This document shows, piece after piece, positions 27,412 through 39,875 of a stretch of 64,000 nucleotides of DNA. Position 1 is the stretch's first letter, and each line of letters starts with the position of its first letter. The notes under the pieces are model-generated. The model was not told the origin of the DNA, made no database searches, and was given only the letters and a program-made list of their open reading frames with translations. The stretch covers positions 29,264,001 to 29,328,000 of the forward strand of contig OX597829.1 of the NCBI GenBank assembly GCA_951406725.2, given 5' to 3'. Made by a program: the position numbers and the translations under genes. The stretch is from Octopus vulgaris (lineage: Eukaryota).

Positions 27412-28569
27412 GTCTAGATGAATGCTGACCACCTTTGCATCTCCACTCCTATCTTGACAAAAAAAGAATGACTCACGCCCACGCCTGAAACTTGACAAGT
27501 AAAAACCAGCTGCCATTAGTCAAATACAACCCCAACTAGCTAGTTTAACACTAATTCTCCTTACACTTCTCAAAATTTGTACACCCCGTGCAGACCCCTG
27601 CAAACTTTTCACTCCTTTCCACTACCACAATGTCAGTACTTGTACCAGCATTATAGAGAAGCATGAGCCCTAACTTGGAAAGCAATGACCGATTAAAAAC
27701 TAAAGGGAACACTTTAGTCCTGGTAACCTATCTAGTGCTGATAGTATATATACATCATAAATTCCATCCAACAATTATTATTATTATTATTATTATTACG
27801 GTATTTATCCTACATTATATAGGCACAGCTCACTGCAATTCCAATAAACTAGCATTGCCAGTTGGCATTCATTAAGTTGTAGCTGACATAATAGGAGCTT
27901 TTATATGCATATTCAAAGCATTTCCTTAAAGGAGATGTGTGTCTGTGTGAATATGTATATATATATATATATATCAATTACTAGCAAGAGCACAGTATTT
28001 TGCTTTGCAGCCATAAATAACTAATATGTGTATTAAAGGTTTACAAGTCAATATTGTCTTATTTTTTGTATTAGCAGTATGATATTCTCACTTCTATGTT
28101 TATCTCTACCGATTTTCTATAGAATTCAAAACCAGCACTCTAGGTTACAACATTTCATTTCATATTACAGTGCTGGCTATGAATTCTACAGAACACCTAT
28201 AGAGATAAACTTAAAAAATAAATCATCATTGTTTAACATCTGCTCTCCATGCTAGTATTGGTTGGACAATTTGACATGAAGCTGGTTAGCAGGGAGCTGT
28301 CCAAGACTCCAACTGTTTGTTGTGGCATGGTTTCTACAGTTAGATACCCGTCCTAACACCAACCACTTTAGCAGAATGTGCTGGGTGCTTTTTACATGCC
28401 ACTGGAATGGTTGCATTTACACTGGCACCTGAAAGGACAAGCCTGTATGTGTGGAAGACAGCAATTTTACTTAGATTGACACATCTTATGAAGTACAGCA
28501 AATTACCACATTTCCCGGTCCCTTGTCATTTCCTCAGTGACACCCAGCGTCCAAAAGATCCTTTTATTC

Positions 28570-28607
<38 letters not shown>

Positions 28608-28719
28608 CTCAACTAACACTCATAGCAAGCACTATGGCTAATACCACCACCAGACTACCAATACTAGAACCACCAACACCAACAGTTCAACCACTACCAC
28701 ATTAACTACAACTTATACA

Positions 28720-29630
28720 GGCGGTTATGCTCTGTTATCAGCTTGCATTGTTTTATGGAACCTTGTGAGATTTTTTGAAAAAAGCATTTTCTTAACATCC
28801 CATTGCAGTCTTATGTGCTTAATATGATTCTCTTCTAAATACTTGGATACAAATACAATTTCTTCTTTATGTTGCCCACTCAACTGTATTTTGTCCCAAG
28901 TTTCCACACGAATATTATCTATTTTTTTCAGATGAGATTTAAGGCAATCTTAATATCTGAAGTATTGTTTGTAAAGGAGTCTTTTTTCAGAACACAGCAC
29001 TCCATTTGGTATATTTCCATATGAACTATAAGGCTTGACCATCTTAGTCTGTTTTGCTGCAAGAGAGTTTCTAAGCTTACAACATATACCAACTGCAAGA
29101 CCTCCGCATCACAGATATAGTTTCAAGTTAAAGGCAAAATTCTTCTACAAAGAAAACTTATGCTGAAAACATTCAAACTATAGTTTGTTTTGAATGTAAT
29201 ATCCATGTTTTGCAGTCATACAACAAAACACAAAATGCAGGTTTTGAAATAGATATTTTAGTGTCATCCTCTCCATATTATTGAGACCACAGTAAAGATT
29301 GTACTTTTACAAAGCTGAATTCTACTTCTAATTTCCCCATCAAGATTTACAGCCTTTTTCAAACATTCTGCCAAGATATTTAAAGGAAGGTATGTTTTCC
29401 AATGTTTTCCTACATATACTTCATGCCATAATTTTAAGATCCAGGAAATTATTGATACAGAATGCAAGATTTACTGAGAGGCTTAATGTTCCATGCCAAC
29501 GAAATTTTATCCATAAGAGTTTGAGACCTTTTTCATTGTATTCAGCAGTATCACAATCAAGAACTTTCTTATCGAAGATACAAAAGTGCCTGATAAAGAA
29601 TTAAATTATTTGCGACTGAATATGCCAGCA
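28720..29630 (-). mobile_element. Old LINE (RTE-like) C-terminal fragment
   Basis: DGEIRSRIQLCKSTIF-type post-RT motif; degenerate. Confidence 0.45.
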
Positions 29631-29648
29631 TATGGTAGCATATATGTA

Positions 29649-30503
29649 TGAGGTGGTATTGTAAAGTTCCTGGATTAGGTATGTTTAACATAACTTATTT
29701 AACTTAAGTTTTGACATCAACTCCTTCGAAATAGTTGCCTTGTACAGCAGTGTTCCTGCCACTTTTGGAATCCATAAGCAAGTCGAGGACCTTCTGCAAT
29801 TCACTTTTGATCTGGACAACGGTATTAAAATGCCAACCTTTGAACTGCACTTTCATCCTGCGGAAGAGTTGAAAGTCCTCAGTTGCTAAATCTGGTGAAT
29901 AGGGCGGGTGTGGAAGCAATACCATGTTGTTTTTGGTGAGAAACTCACAAGTGGAGAGAGCTTGGTGACAGGGATGCATTGTCATTGTGAAGAATCCAAT
30001 TCTTCATGCTCTAAACATCTGGTCGCTTTCATTGAATGTCTTCCCTCAAATGCTTCAAAATGTCACAGTAGAACTCTCGATTGACAGTCTGGTTCAAGGG
30101 GATGAATTCTCAACGCACAATACAGCAGATGTTGAAAAACAATAAGCATGCTCTTGATTGAGCTGTGGCACTGTCATGTGCCCATGCCACTCAAAACATT
30201 ACATACAACCCATTGCCTCATCACCATAAGCTTGTCAAAGTATGCTCAATGTCTATGTAGTACACTTCTCAAGTTTAATGCAAAATTTCACGTTGGCTCT
30301 TTGTTCCAACTTCCTGTGGATGACAAAAGTTGCAGACTACAAAAACATAAATTTAAGAACTTGCAAAGTAAACACTGTGCTGTCACTCAGCACACTGTCT
30401 CATGAAGGTCACTGCTAGCTCTCACTGCACACACACATAAACATGTGCTGCCATCTGTTGCTGCTCTACAGAACTAGTTTGGGAACTTTTTGATACCACC
30501 TTG
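29649..30503 (-). mobile_element. Internally deleted mariner transposon
   Basis: TIRs tgaggtggtattgtaaagttcc / ggaactttttgataccaccttg with TA flanks; LLPHPPYSPDLATEDFQLF. Confidence 0.9.
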
Positions 30504-30594
30504 TATATATATATATATTTAAAGGAAGGAAAAGAGAAAACTGAGATAAGGAAGTTAATAGTTGTTTATTATTAACAAATTGGTCATCTTCACT

Positions 30595-30689
30595 TCTTAC
30601 AGCCGTTTCAATTAATACTCAGTAATTTAATTACAAATTTGTACATTAAATTTACATATATGTGACATGAGTATAATTTTCATCAGAGA
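30595..30689 (-). ncRNA. Type I hammerhead ribozyme with long stem II, left arm of palindrome (sense to ARID4 pre-mRNA)
   Basis: Reverse complement of the 30792-30886 motif, with intact CTGATGA and GAAAC-GGCT-GTA boxes. Confidence 0.68.
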
Positions 30690-30791
30690 AAAAAAGATGT
30701 ACTTTGGATGTTAAATGTGGACCTATCAATTCATTTCAGCAGTCTGCTGAAATGAATCGATAGGTCTACAATCCAAAGTACATCTTTTTTC

Positions 30792-30886
30792 TCTCTGATG
30801 AAATTATACTCATTGTCACACAAATGTAAATTTAATGTGCAAATTTGTAATTAAATTACTGAGTATTAATTGAAACGGCTGTAAGA
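30792..30886 (+). ncRNA. Type I hammerhead ribozyme with long stem II, right arm of palindrome
   Basis: TCT-CTGATGA(30795-801)-AATTATACTCA...TGAGTATTAATT-GAAAC(30872-76)-GGCT-GTA-AGA. Confidence 0.7.
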
Positions 30887-31099
30887 AGTGAAGATGACCA
30901 ATTTGTTAATAATAAACAACAATTAACTTCCTTATCTCAGTTTTCTTTTTTTCCTTCTTTTAAATGGATATAAACTATATGCTTAATATATATACCCATT
31001 GTTTTAAGGGAATTTCATTCCCCAACAATACTAGGTATTAAACCAGCATTTCCTTGGATGAAACCATCCCTTCACGAGATTAACATATCGTCTAATTAA

Positions 31100-31130
<31 letters not shown>

Positions 31131-31199
31131 CTCTCAGAACAAAATTTGAAAACATTTAGAAAGAAACTATTGTAAAGTATTAAAAAATTGTTATTGGCG

Positions 31200-31960
31200 C
31201 CATACTGTGAAGTTTAAGACAAAGTAAGCATGTCGCCCTGTTCTACACCACAACTGACTGAAAACAAATCTGAGCATTCTCCAAATTATAACACACGTTC
31301 TCATATTATTATCACATAAAATATTATCAGGAAAGGCCATGATATATTTGTGAATTTAACAGAACAGCCAGCTGTTTTGCAAATCACCCATAACACATCA
31401 TGATTCACTATATCAAAGGCCTTTGTGAGATTAATAAGGCTTTTGACAGAAGTCGAGCCACTTCTGTCCAATGTATTTTTCTGGTATTTGACAAGCTAAA
31501 AATATGTTATGAGCTCCACAAAAGAATGGGACCTGAGTGCAGAAAAATGGAACTCAAGAAGAAACAAGGTCCCAATGTGTTGATTAAGCCTATCAAGAAT
31601 AGTACTACTCAATATTTCTCCAATATCAATTCCATAGGAATTACCACATTTATCTTAACTAGCTTTTCTTTTGTAAAAAATATTCATCCATTTTCCCACA
31701 GATCATATATAAGGTAGTGTAAGAGATACAACTTATTTCCACCTAAGCTGAGCATGTCTGCTAGAATTTCATCAATGCCAGGAGCTTCTCTATTTTTTAG
31801 TTTCTATTTTTTACTTCATTGAAAGTAGGGGGATCATCATTTGTTTTATTAGAATTTGGTGGAAATAAGTTCTGCAAATAAACTAACCAGTGTGATGAGT
31901 GATTAAGCAGGTCATTAAAATACACTTGCTACTGTTGAAGAATCTAACTTGAATCTTTTA
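31200..31960 (-). mobile_element. Old LINE RT fragment
   Basis: Minus strand LKNREAPGIDEILADML and TKAFDIVNHDVL; heavily disrupted. Confidence 0.6.
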
Positions 31961-32708
31961 TTAGTGTTTTGATGTCCTTAGCCAAAATTAGAATACAGAA
32001 AATTAAACAAAAACCGTAAATCTGATTTATAAAAAAGTAAAGCTATTTAGTATCTCATTTTGTTATAGGCTTTCTGAAATCATAACCGCATTAAATCTAT
32101 TCTTATTTTTCGCACGTCAGATTTCTTTCTGAATGTGTAACTTAACAGTTTTAGACTTGGTCCAGTAAATTTACATTTTGACAGTGTTGCAAAGATAATA
32201 AGCTTTGTATATACTTATTTTTGACAAACTAAACTTTATTTTTGAGCTTTATAATCTACAATACTTCTGAAATTTGGTAAATCCAGATTTGTGTAGAGAC
32301 ATAGGAAAACTTACAATGAACGAATGCAAAGACACTGGGAGAGACAAGCAGACTCGAGCACTTTTAGCCATAATGAAGGCAGCTTGACAAGAAGATCACT
32401 ACAAATAAAAACTTGGTGAATGAACCCAAAACAATCTTTCATTTGAAAACATTTGTGCTTCAATTGTGGTATAAGACACTTTGGTATTGTGCAAAAAACA
32501 TAATTTTTTTTTTTTGTTTATAGATATCTTAGATCTTATCCATGCACAAGTATTGCTTTTTAACACAATCATTCCATTTAATTGAACTATCATAAAATTA
32601 CCTGATAATTTTGGGATAATATATTCTTATATATATTAAATATCCTTGTACATACTAATATGTTTGAATAACCTTGCATATATTGTACATCTTTATATAT
32701 ATATATAC

Positions 32709-33006
32709 TTTATTTAAAAGTAGCAGAAATTTAACAAAAGCTGTTACTCGGAGTTTCACGTTCCCATTCGTCGGACAGTTTTGTTAAAATAGAACCGAGA
32801 TGACAATTCTATCAAGACTAGTATAAATGTTACTAGAATTGTCATCTCGGTTCTATTTTAACAAAACTGTCCAACAAACGGGAACATGAAACTCCAAGTA
32901 ACAGCTTTTGTTAAATTTCTGCTGCTTTTAAATAAAACATATTACTCCACCTCTGGTATTTGAGTACTCTTTTTTCCACCTTGTTTCACATTTGTGTTTA
33001 CTCTGG
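32709..33006. mobile_element. Penelope-like non-autonomous element: inverted repeat 32709-32936 plus tail, between (TA)n tracts
   Basis: Arms of about 103 bp (32709-32811 / 32833-32936) carrying the minimal hammerhead-like motif; (TA)n flanks. Confidence 0.68.
32741..32778 (-). ncRNA. Minimal hammerhead-like motif with CCGACGA core variant
   Basis: Minus strand: CTGT-CCGACGA-ATG-GGAA-CGT-GAA-ACTC-C-GAGT-A-ACAG. Stems I, II and III all pair; triplet GTA. Confidence 0.6.
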
Positions 33007-33019
33007 TATATATATATAT

Positions 33020-33610
33020 CTCACAGCCGGGTCTACAAACTTCCTTTCGCTGGCGGCCTTATTCAAGTAAACATGTTTCTTCCTGCGCTCGTGAAATAAA
33101 CTTTTTCCTCGTCTAGGCTTATAGGCCCTCTTTATTTGTTTTCCTGTCCTGTTTCTATTCCTTTTTGTACTGTATTTCTTGTAATTGTATTTTTATTTTG
33201 TATTTGTTTTTAATTGAATTGTTTTGTTTTTATGTCCTATTTTTGTCACATTTTTTTTCCTTGTTTTTACCCCTCTGCAAAGGAATTTTATTTAATTCTT
33301 TTGCAGGAAGGACTAGTTCGACGAGACGTGTTCTGTCCTCACCTTCGAAACACGCTGGAGTTGAACTAGGGACGGCTGATGAAGGGGATTTTTCCTTGTG
33401 TAGTTGTCTTGTACTCTGTTTTTTCGTTGTTAAAGGAATGGTCCATTCCATGCTGTTTTTACGTTTTCGTTTCTCGTTGAGTTATACATCTATTTGTGGT
33501 GTCCTGTACACACGTATATATATTTATATATGCATGTATATATACATGTAGATGTAGGTACGTACATATATGTTTGTATGTATGCATATATTTTATTTAT
33601 TACACTATTA
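33020..33610 (+). mobile_element. CpG-rich repeat inserted in (TA)n, probably retroelement terminal-repeat derived
   Basis: Sharp composition change between TA tracts; contains GAAAC and CTGATGA boxes and a hairpin at 33313-33369. Family not determined. Confidence 0.45.
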
Positions 33611-34042
33611 TATATATATATATAAATGTATTCTTTGAGTAATGCAGTCTTTTGAGCCAATAAATTACTGAAAGTAGCCTAAAAACACTAGAAAAAAAGT
33701 AATTGAAATTATGAATTGTGTAAGTAATGTAAATGGTAAAAAAGAGCTTGCATGTTTGGTGCAGTAAAGGTTCTAAGGAAAAACAGCTTAGCTTAGGCCA
33801 TCATCAATCAACTGCCAGAAAAGACCTACAAGATTTTTAGTTGACAGTTGGAATGTAAAAACTTTGTGATAGAGAGGTATCGTATCTACTGAAAAACAAG
33901 TTGAGACCTTGTTGCTTTATCTGAGAAATGAGTTTTGCAATTAGGACAACTTTAAAACCATATCTCACTGAACTGTGCCATCTGGTAGCCTTGTGTCAAT
34001 GTCTCCATCCTGTAGCTGTTCAGTGACATACAGTAACTTTAC

Positions 34043-34438
34043 TCTTTTACTTGTTTCAGTCATGTGACTGTGGCCATGCTGGAGCACCGCCTTTTAGTCG
34101 ATCAAATCGACCCCAGGACTTATTCTTTCTAAGCCTAGTACTTATTTTATCGGTCTATTTTTTGCCGAACCGCTAAGTTACGGGGACGTAAACACACCAG
34201 CATCGGTTGTCAAGCGATGTTGGGGGGACAAACACAGACACACAAACACGCACATACATATATATACACATATACGACGGGCTTCTTTCAGTTTCTGTCT
34301 ACCAAATCCACTCACAAGGCTTTGGTCGGCCCGAGGCTATAGTAGAAGACACTTACCCAAGGTACCACACAGTGGGACTGAACCCAGAACCATGTGATTG
34401 GTAAGCAAGCTACTTACCACACAGCCACTCCTACGCCT
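34043..34438 (-). mobile_element. tRNA-derived SINE family A, best-preserved copy
   Basis: Minus-strand head GGCGTAGGAGTGGCTGTGTGG (A box)...GGTTCAGTCCC (B box), internal (TG/TA)n, tail ..tgaaacaagtaaaag. Confidence 0.88.
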
Positions 34439-35059
34439 ATGCAGCAAAAATGAATATTTCTGATGGAGGAACATGTTTTAAATGTAACTAAAAAGTATTA
34501 TTCATAAAATTCTAGTTGGAGATAAAGCTTTAATTCTTGGGGAGTTCAATAAATGAATTGATGAAAAGTCTGAATTATTTTAGATCATCGCAGGAAGAAC
34601 TTATCAAAGTCAAATTTTAATAATTTTTTTTTCCCAACAAATGGGCACATACTTAACTTTGACTTTTTAACATGTTCTTTGAACATAAAAACACCAACTA
34701 AAATAACTTGGGTAAACCCAGATTCCAAGAAAAGGCATATGACAAATTATCTGATTAGAAACAAAGATTTAAATGATGAAAGAGGTGTCCAGGTATTAAA
34801 ATGAACAGTGCATTAAACATGGATCTTAATTTTATAGAGACTCAACACTTTGTAACAATCTTAATGATGCAAAGTTAAAGGAAAGGTCTTGTCAGGCACA
34901 AGTTGGAGCAAGATTTAGGAGATACTACTAAACAGGATGTCTTAAAAAGAGTGCACCAAATATTTGTGTGTGCATGAGCATGTGTGTGTGTGTGTAAATA
35001 TCTATGTGTGTGTGTGCATGTGGTACGTTGGGCAAGTGACTTCTACTATAGAATAAATC

Positions 35060-36020
35060 ATTATCATCATCGTTTATCATCCACTTTCCATGCCGGCATG
35101 AATTGGATGGTTTGACTGAGGGCTGGCGAGCCAGGAGGCTGCACCAGTCTACAATCTGATCAGGCAGAGTTTCTACAGCTGAATGCCCTTCCTGACGCCA
35201 ACCACTCAGAGAGTGTAGTGGGTGCTTTTAACATGTCACTGGCATGAGGGCCAGTCAGGCAGTACTGGCATCAACCACGCTCAAATGGTGCGTTTTACAT
35301 GCCACCGGCACAGGTGCCAGTCAGGCGGCACTGGCAAGGATCACACTCAAATGGTGCTTTTAATGTGCCACTGCTATGGGTGCCATCATGCAGTACTGTC
35401 ATCAGTCACAACGATTTCACTTGCCTCAACAGGTCTTTGCAAGCATAGTTTATTGCCCAATGATTGAAGGGTACTCTTAAATGAGCTGGTTATACTGAAG
35501 TGGCATAAGCTACGGTTATAGTCTCACTTGGCTTGCCAGGTCTTCTCAAGCATATCTCCAAAGGTCTTGGTCACTAATCATTGCCTCGGTGATGCCCAAT
35601 GTTTGGAGGTCATGCTTTATCATCTCATCCCAGCTTTTCTGCAGGTTCCCTCAACTGCTAGAGTGTGACACTTTTTCACACAGCTGTTCTCATCCATTCG
35701 CAACACATGACCATACCAGTGCAGTCGTCTCTCTGGCACACCACATCTGATGCTTCTCAGGTCAAACTTTTCTTTCAGGGCGCTTACACTCTGTCATGTA
35801 TGCACACTGACATTACACATCCAGCGGAGCATACTGGCTTCATTCCTTGCAAGCTTACACATGTCCTCAGTAGTCACAGCTCATGTTTCACTGCCATGTA
35901 GCATGGTTGTTCACACACATGTCATACAGTCTACCTTTTACTCTGAGTGAGAGGCCCTTTGTCACCAGCAGAGGTAGGAGCTCTCTGAATTTTGCCCAGG
36001 CTATTCTTATTCTAGCAGCT
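35060..36020 (-). mobile_element. RTE LINE 3' portion
   Basis: 3' UTR with tandem units plus C-terminal coding remnant. Confidence 0.8.
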
Positions 36021-37399
36021 ACATTTTCACAGTACATATGTACACACACACACACATATATACAGGTGACAAGAAGGACATGCAGATGATAGAAAATCTA
36101 CCTCAATAAACTCTGACCAATCTGATCATGGAAAAGTGGATGTTAAAATGATAACAATGATGATACATAGATATATGAAGACATATACCATAAATTGTAG
36201 TATACAAGTGGACACAAACACAAAACAGGTTCCACTGCAGTCATTTTAAATGATGTCATAATGATTACTTAGAATGTTGGATCCGTGAAAAATTAACAAA
36301 ATTATTTTTACAGTTACCTGACTAGGAGATGCACTCAAGACTAAAGTGGGCAAAAACACATCCAAATGAAAGCAAAGATGTCAAAGAAACAACAAATGGT
36401 TTTCTCTTTTTATGGAAAGGAAAGATCTAGTTTCAATATAGAAGACAAAAATTACAGAATTTTCCAGAAACCTTGAACAGAAAATTCCAAATTTCCAGAT
36501 TGACAGAAGAAGCAATACAACTGCCTTGTGTTAGATTTATTAATGTAGATGACACATCTTGTACTTTTTAAATACATTTAAAATTGTTGATACCAAAGAC
36601 AGAAAAAAGGACTATTCTAAAAGAAAGTTCAGTCATATGTTACTTCACATATGGCACCAAATTAAACTCAATGTTAATTCTAAATGAAAAATAATGCCAA
36701 ATACAAAATTACTTCCAGCTGTTCATGTTGATGAGAACAGTTGATTTATGGATTGAAAAAATGCAGAGTAGATAACCATGTGGTTTAAGAGAGAAAAAGA
36801 GTTTGCTGATTTGGAATAAGTTCGAAACCTACTTAACAAAACAATAGCATATTAGTCAGTAATTCCAGAAGGATTAAGGACTATGCTCCAGCTTCTTACT
36901 GTAAACCTATTACAAGAACCTTCCAAAGACATTCTTTCAGAGTGGAACAAATAGATGGTTAAAGAAGAAAAGTCATTCACAATAGGTGGCAAAAGTGTTA
37001 TGCTTTATCACTAGATACATTGCAAATAAATAAATGGTAAGAAGACAGTAAAGATTCCAAAGAAGTTGGTTCAAGTAATTCAGAGCCATAAAAACATTTT
37101 CTTTTACACCAGATGGTGAATGGCATTTACATAAGGATTTTAAAACAACCATACACATTTAAAATTCAATCATACACCATCAATAAAATATAGATAACAT
37201 AATTAGCCATCAAGGTTTTTTAGGTGCCAATAAAATAACTTTCAAACAATATATATTTTAATAGGTGTACTAAAGAGTGCATCTATAATGTCAGTGTGTC
37301 TATATTCAATTAAATTGCTACTATTAATCATTAAGCAGCTATTTATGCCATAGTCTATATTGTTATCTTTCTCTATAGATCAGATATATAATACCTGTC

Positions 37400-37680
37400 C
37401 TACCCTATCTTATCTTTGACGTAGGTGGTCACTGGGACAATCACTGGTGATCCAGATTTCACCACTTCTCTTGGTCTTCTGCTGCTGTGAGTTAATGAAA
37501 CTGAGGCCTGTCCCCTCTTTGATGATACAAGCCCGTCTTCTCCTTGGCTGCCTTGCTTTTTGTCCACCATCCACTGTCTTTGCCAGGTCAGAACTTCTTG
37601 TGACATAACTGTACCGTTTCAGTTCCCTTCACTTTACAGTTTTAACCAAGTCCTTGTGTGGTACAATAGCCTTCTTTGTA
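37400..37680 (-). mobile_element. RTE-like LINE C-terminal/3' fragment
   Basis: Degenerate basic C-terminal segment of RTE type ending near a simple-sequence tail. Confidence 0.4.
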
Positions 37681-38609
37681 TGAGGTGCATCAGACACAAA
37701 TGAAAAGTGAAAGACTTGCACATAAACCAAATGTAATGGTGAATATTTTCCATGACACCCAACAGCTATATAAACCTAACAAGTCTATTATAAATACCAG
37801 ACATTTTCTTCAACTCAAGTGGTATTCCAGTCAGGGATTTTACATTCAATGTATCAGTCAGCTGTTGTAAATAGCATGTGCTTTTATGCTGATATATATA
37901 TAATCATCTCCATTTAATAGTCACTTTTCCATGCTTGCATGGGTCAGATGGAATTTGTTAAGGCAGATTTTCTACAGCTAAGATGTCCTTCCAATTACCA
38001 ACCTTCACCAGTTACCAAGCAAGGTAATATTTTTTCCACAGAACAGATTTTTCAAGGATGACTGACAACAACCATGCTTGTATGACAATTATGCACATTT
38101 ACAGCAATAACATGTCTACACAAGGGTACACACACACACAACAGACTTCTTTCAGCTTCCGTCACTCACAAGGCTTTAGTTGGCCTAGGGCTATAGGTTG
38201 AAGACACTAGGTGCCACAAAGTGGGACTGAATCAAAGAACCCATGATCAGGAAACAAGCATCTTAACTGCACAAACATGCCTGCACCTAGTTATATATTT
38301 TTTTTAATTTGTACACATATTACCAGCAAACTATTTGGTAAAGATATTAAATTAATTCAGAAACTGAAACTTTAATTAGAAATATGTATGGCAACTTCCT
38401 GAAGTTAAAGTAACTGATGCACAGATACTGTTAAGAGCTCTGCTCCTTTTTTTTTTTAACACTCAGCTGCAAACATTCGCATGTTTTCTCCAACTAATAA
38501 ATCAACAGAGATCATTTTCTTCACTGAATACTACTTATACACTTAAACCTACACTATATGTATGAATGTGTGTGTGTGTGTGTATCTATATATATATATA
38601 TATATATAT

Positions 38610-38923
38610 ATGGCACATAAAAAGCACCATCCGAATGTGGCCGATGCCAGCACCGCCTTGACTGGCTTCCGTGCCGGAGGCACGTTAAAAGCACCAACCG
38701 ATCGTGGCCGATGCCAGACTCTCCTGGCACCTGTGCAGGTGGCATGTAAAAAGCACCCACTACACTCGAGGAGTGGTTGGCGTTAGGAAGGGCATCCAGT
38801 TGTAGAAACACTGCCAGATCAGACTGGAGCCTGGTGCAGCCCCTGGCTTCCCAGACCCCAGTCGAACCGTCCAACCCATGCTAGCACGGAAAACAGACGT
38901 TAAATGATGATGATATACATATA

Positions 38924-38994
<71 letters not shown>

Positions 38995-39875
38995 TATGTT
39001 TTTATGTGATACTAATAGTTTCATATGTTGAGAAATATACCTCAAACATATTCATCAGGCACAAAACCACATATAACAAATTAAAAATTAAATGAGAGAA
39101 GAAACACAAAAAGGAATAGAAAATGTGTAGAAGGAACATGTGGAAAAGATAGACCCAGGAAGACATAGGACAAAGTAATGAGAAAGGATATACAGACATT
39201 GTGACTCACAGAGGAGAAGACAGGAACTGAGACTCCTGGCGGTTTTTGTGTGCTTGGAATGACATGTCAAGCTAAGTAAAAGTGTGATTATCCTTGCATA
39301 CAGGCTTGACCCCTGCAACCCTCTCCAGCTGAGCAACCCTAATCTTGCAGGCTCACGGATGCTGCTGCAAAGTAAAAAGCATCCATACTGGTGCCACATA
39401 AAAAGCACCCATACTTGTGCCACATAAAAAGCACCCATGCTGGTGCCATATAAATGCACCCATGTTGGTACTGTGTAAAAGCACTCACTACACACTGTAA
39501 AGTGGTTGGTGTTACAAAAGGCATCCAGCCATAGAAACTATGCCAAAATGAACATGGAGCCTGGGCAGCTCGCTAACTCCTGTCAAACCATCCAAACCAT
39601 GCCAGCATGAAAAAAGGACATTAAATGATGACAATGATGATGATGATGACACACACACACACACATGTATGCATTTATATATACATATCATCACCAGTGC
39701 AGGTGGCACGTAAAAAGCACCCACTACACTCACGGAGTGGTTGGTGTTAGGAAGGGCATCCAGCTGTAGAAACATTGCCAGATAAGACCAGAGCCTGGTG
39801 CAGCCTTCTGGCTTCCCAGATTCCCGGTCGAACCGTCCAACCCATGCCAGCATGGAGAACGGACGTTAAACGATG
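38610..39875 (+). mobile_element. Cluster of three RTE 3' ends (38610-38913, ~39190-39648, 39693-39875)
   Basis: Each ends tta/aa(c/t)gatgat; separated by microsatellites. Confidence 0.8.
38927..38991. repeat. (TA)n microsatellite
   Basis: Pure TA run. Confidence 0.95.

Larger units (their letters stand above)
30517..31103. mobile_element. Penelope-like non-autonomous element: about 450-bp palindrome (30517-30965) plus unique tail, between (TA)n tracts
   Basis: Near-perfect inverted arms centred on T30743 (ttcagcag-t-ctgctgaa), each arm with a hammerhead; (TA)n on both sides. Confidence 0.7.
33700..37000 (+). mobile_element. Very old LINE (APE endonuclease plus RT start), interrupted by younger repeats
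   Basis: Collinear degenerate motifs: WNVKTL (~33849), VALSE (~33910), ILGEFN (~34533), TWVNPDSK (~34706), FADLE (~36802). Confidence 0.45.

Noticed and set aside
34370-34438. tRNA gene
   Set aside because: The A and B boxes are the head of a multi-copy SINE; no complete cloverleaf is evident.
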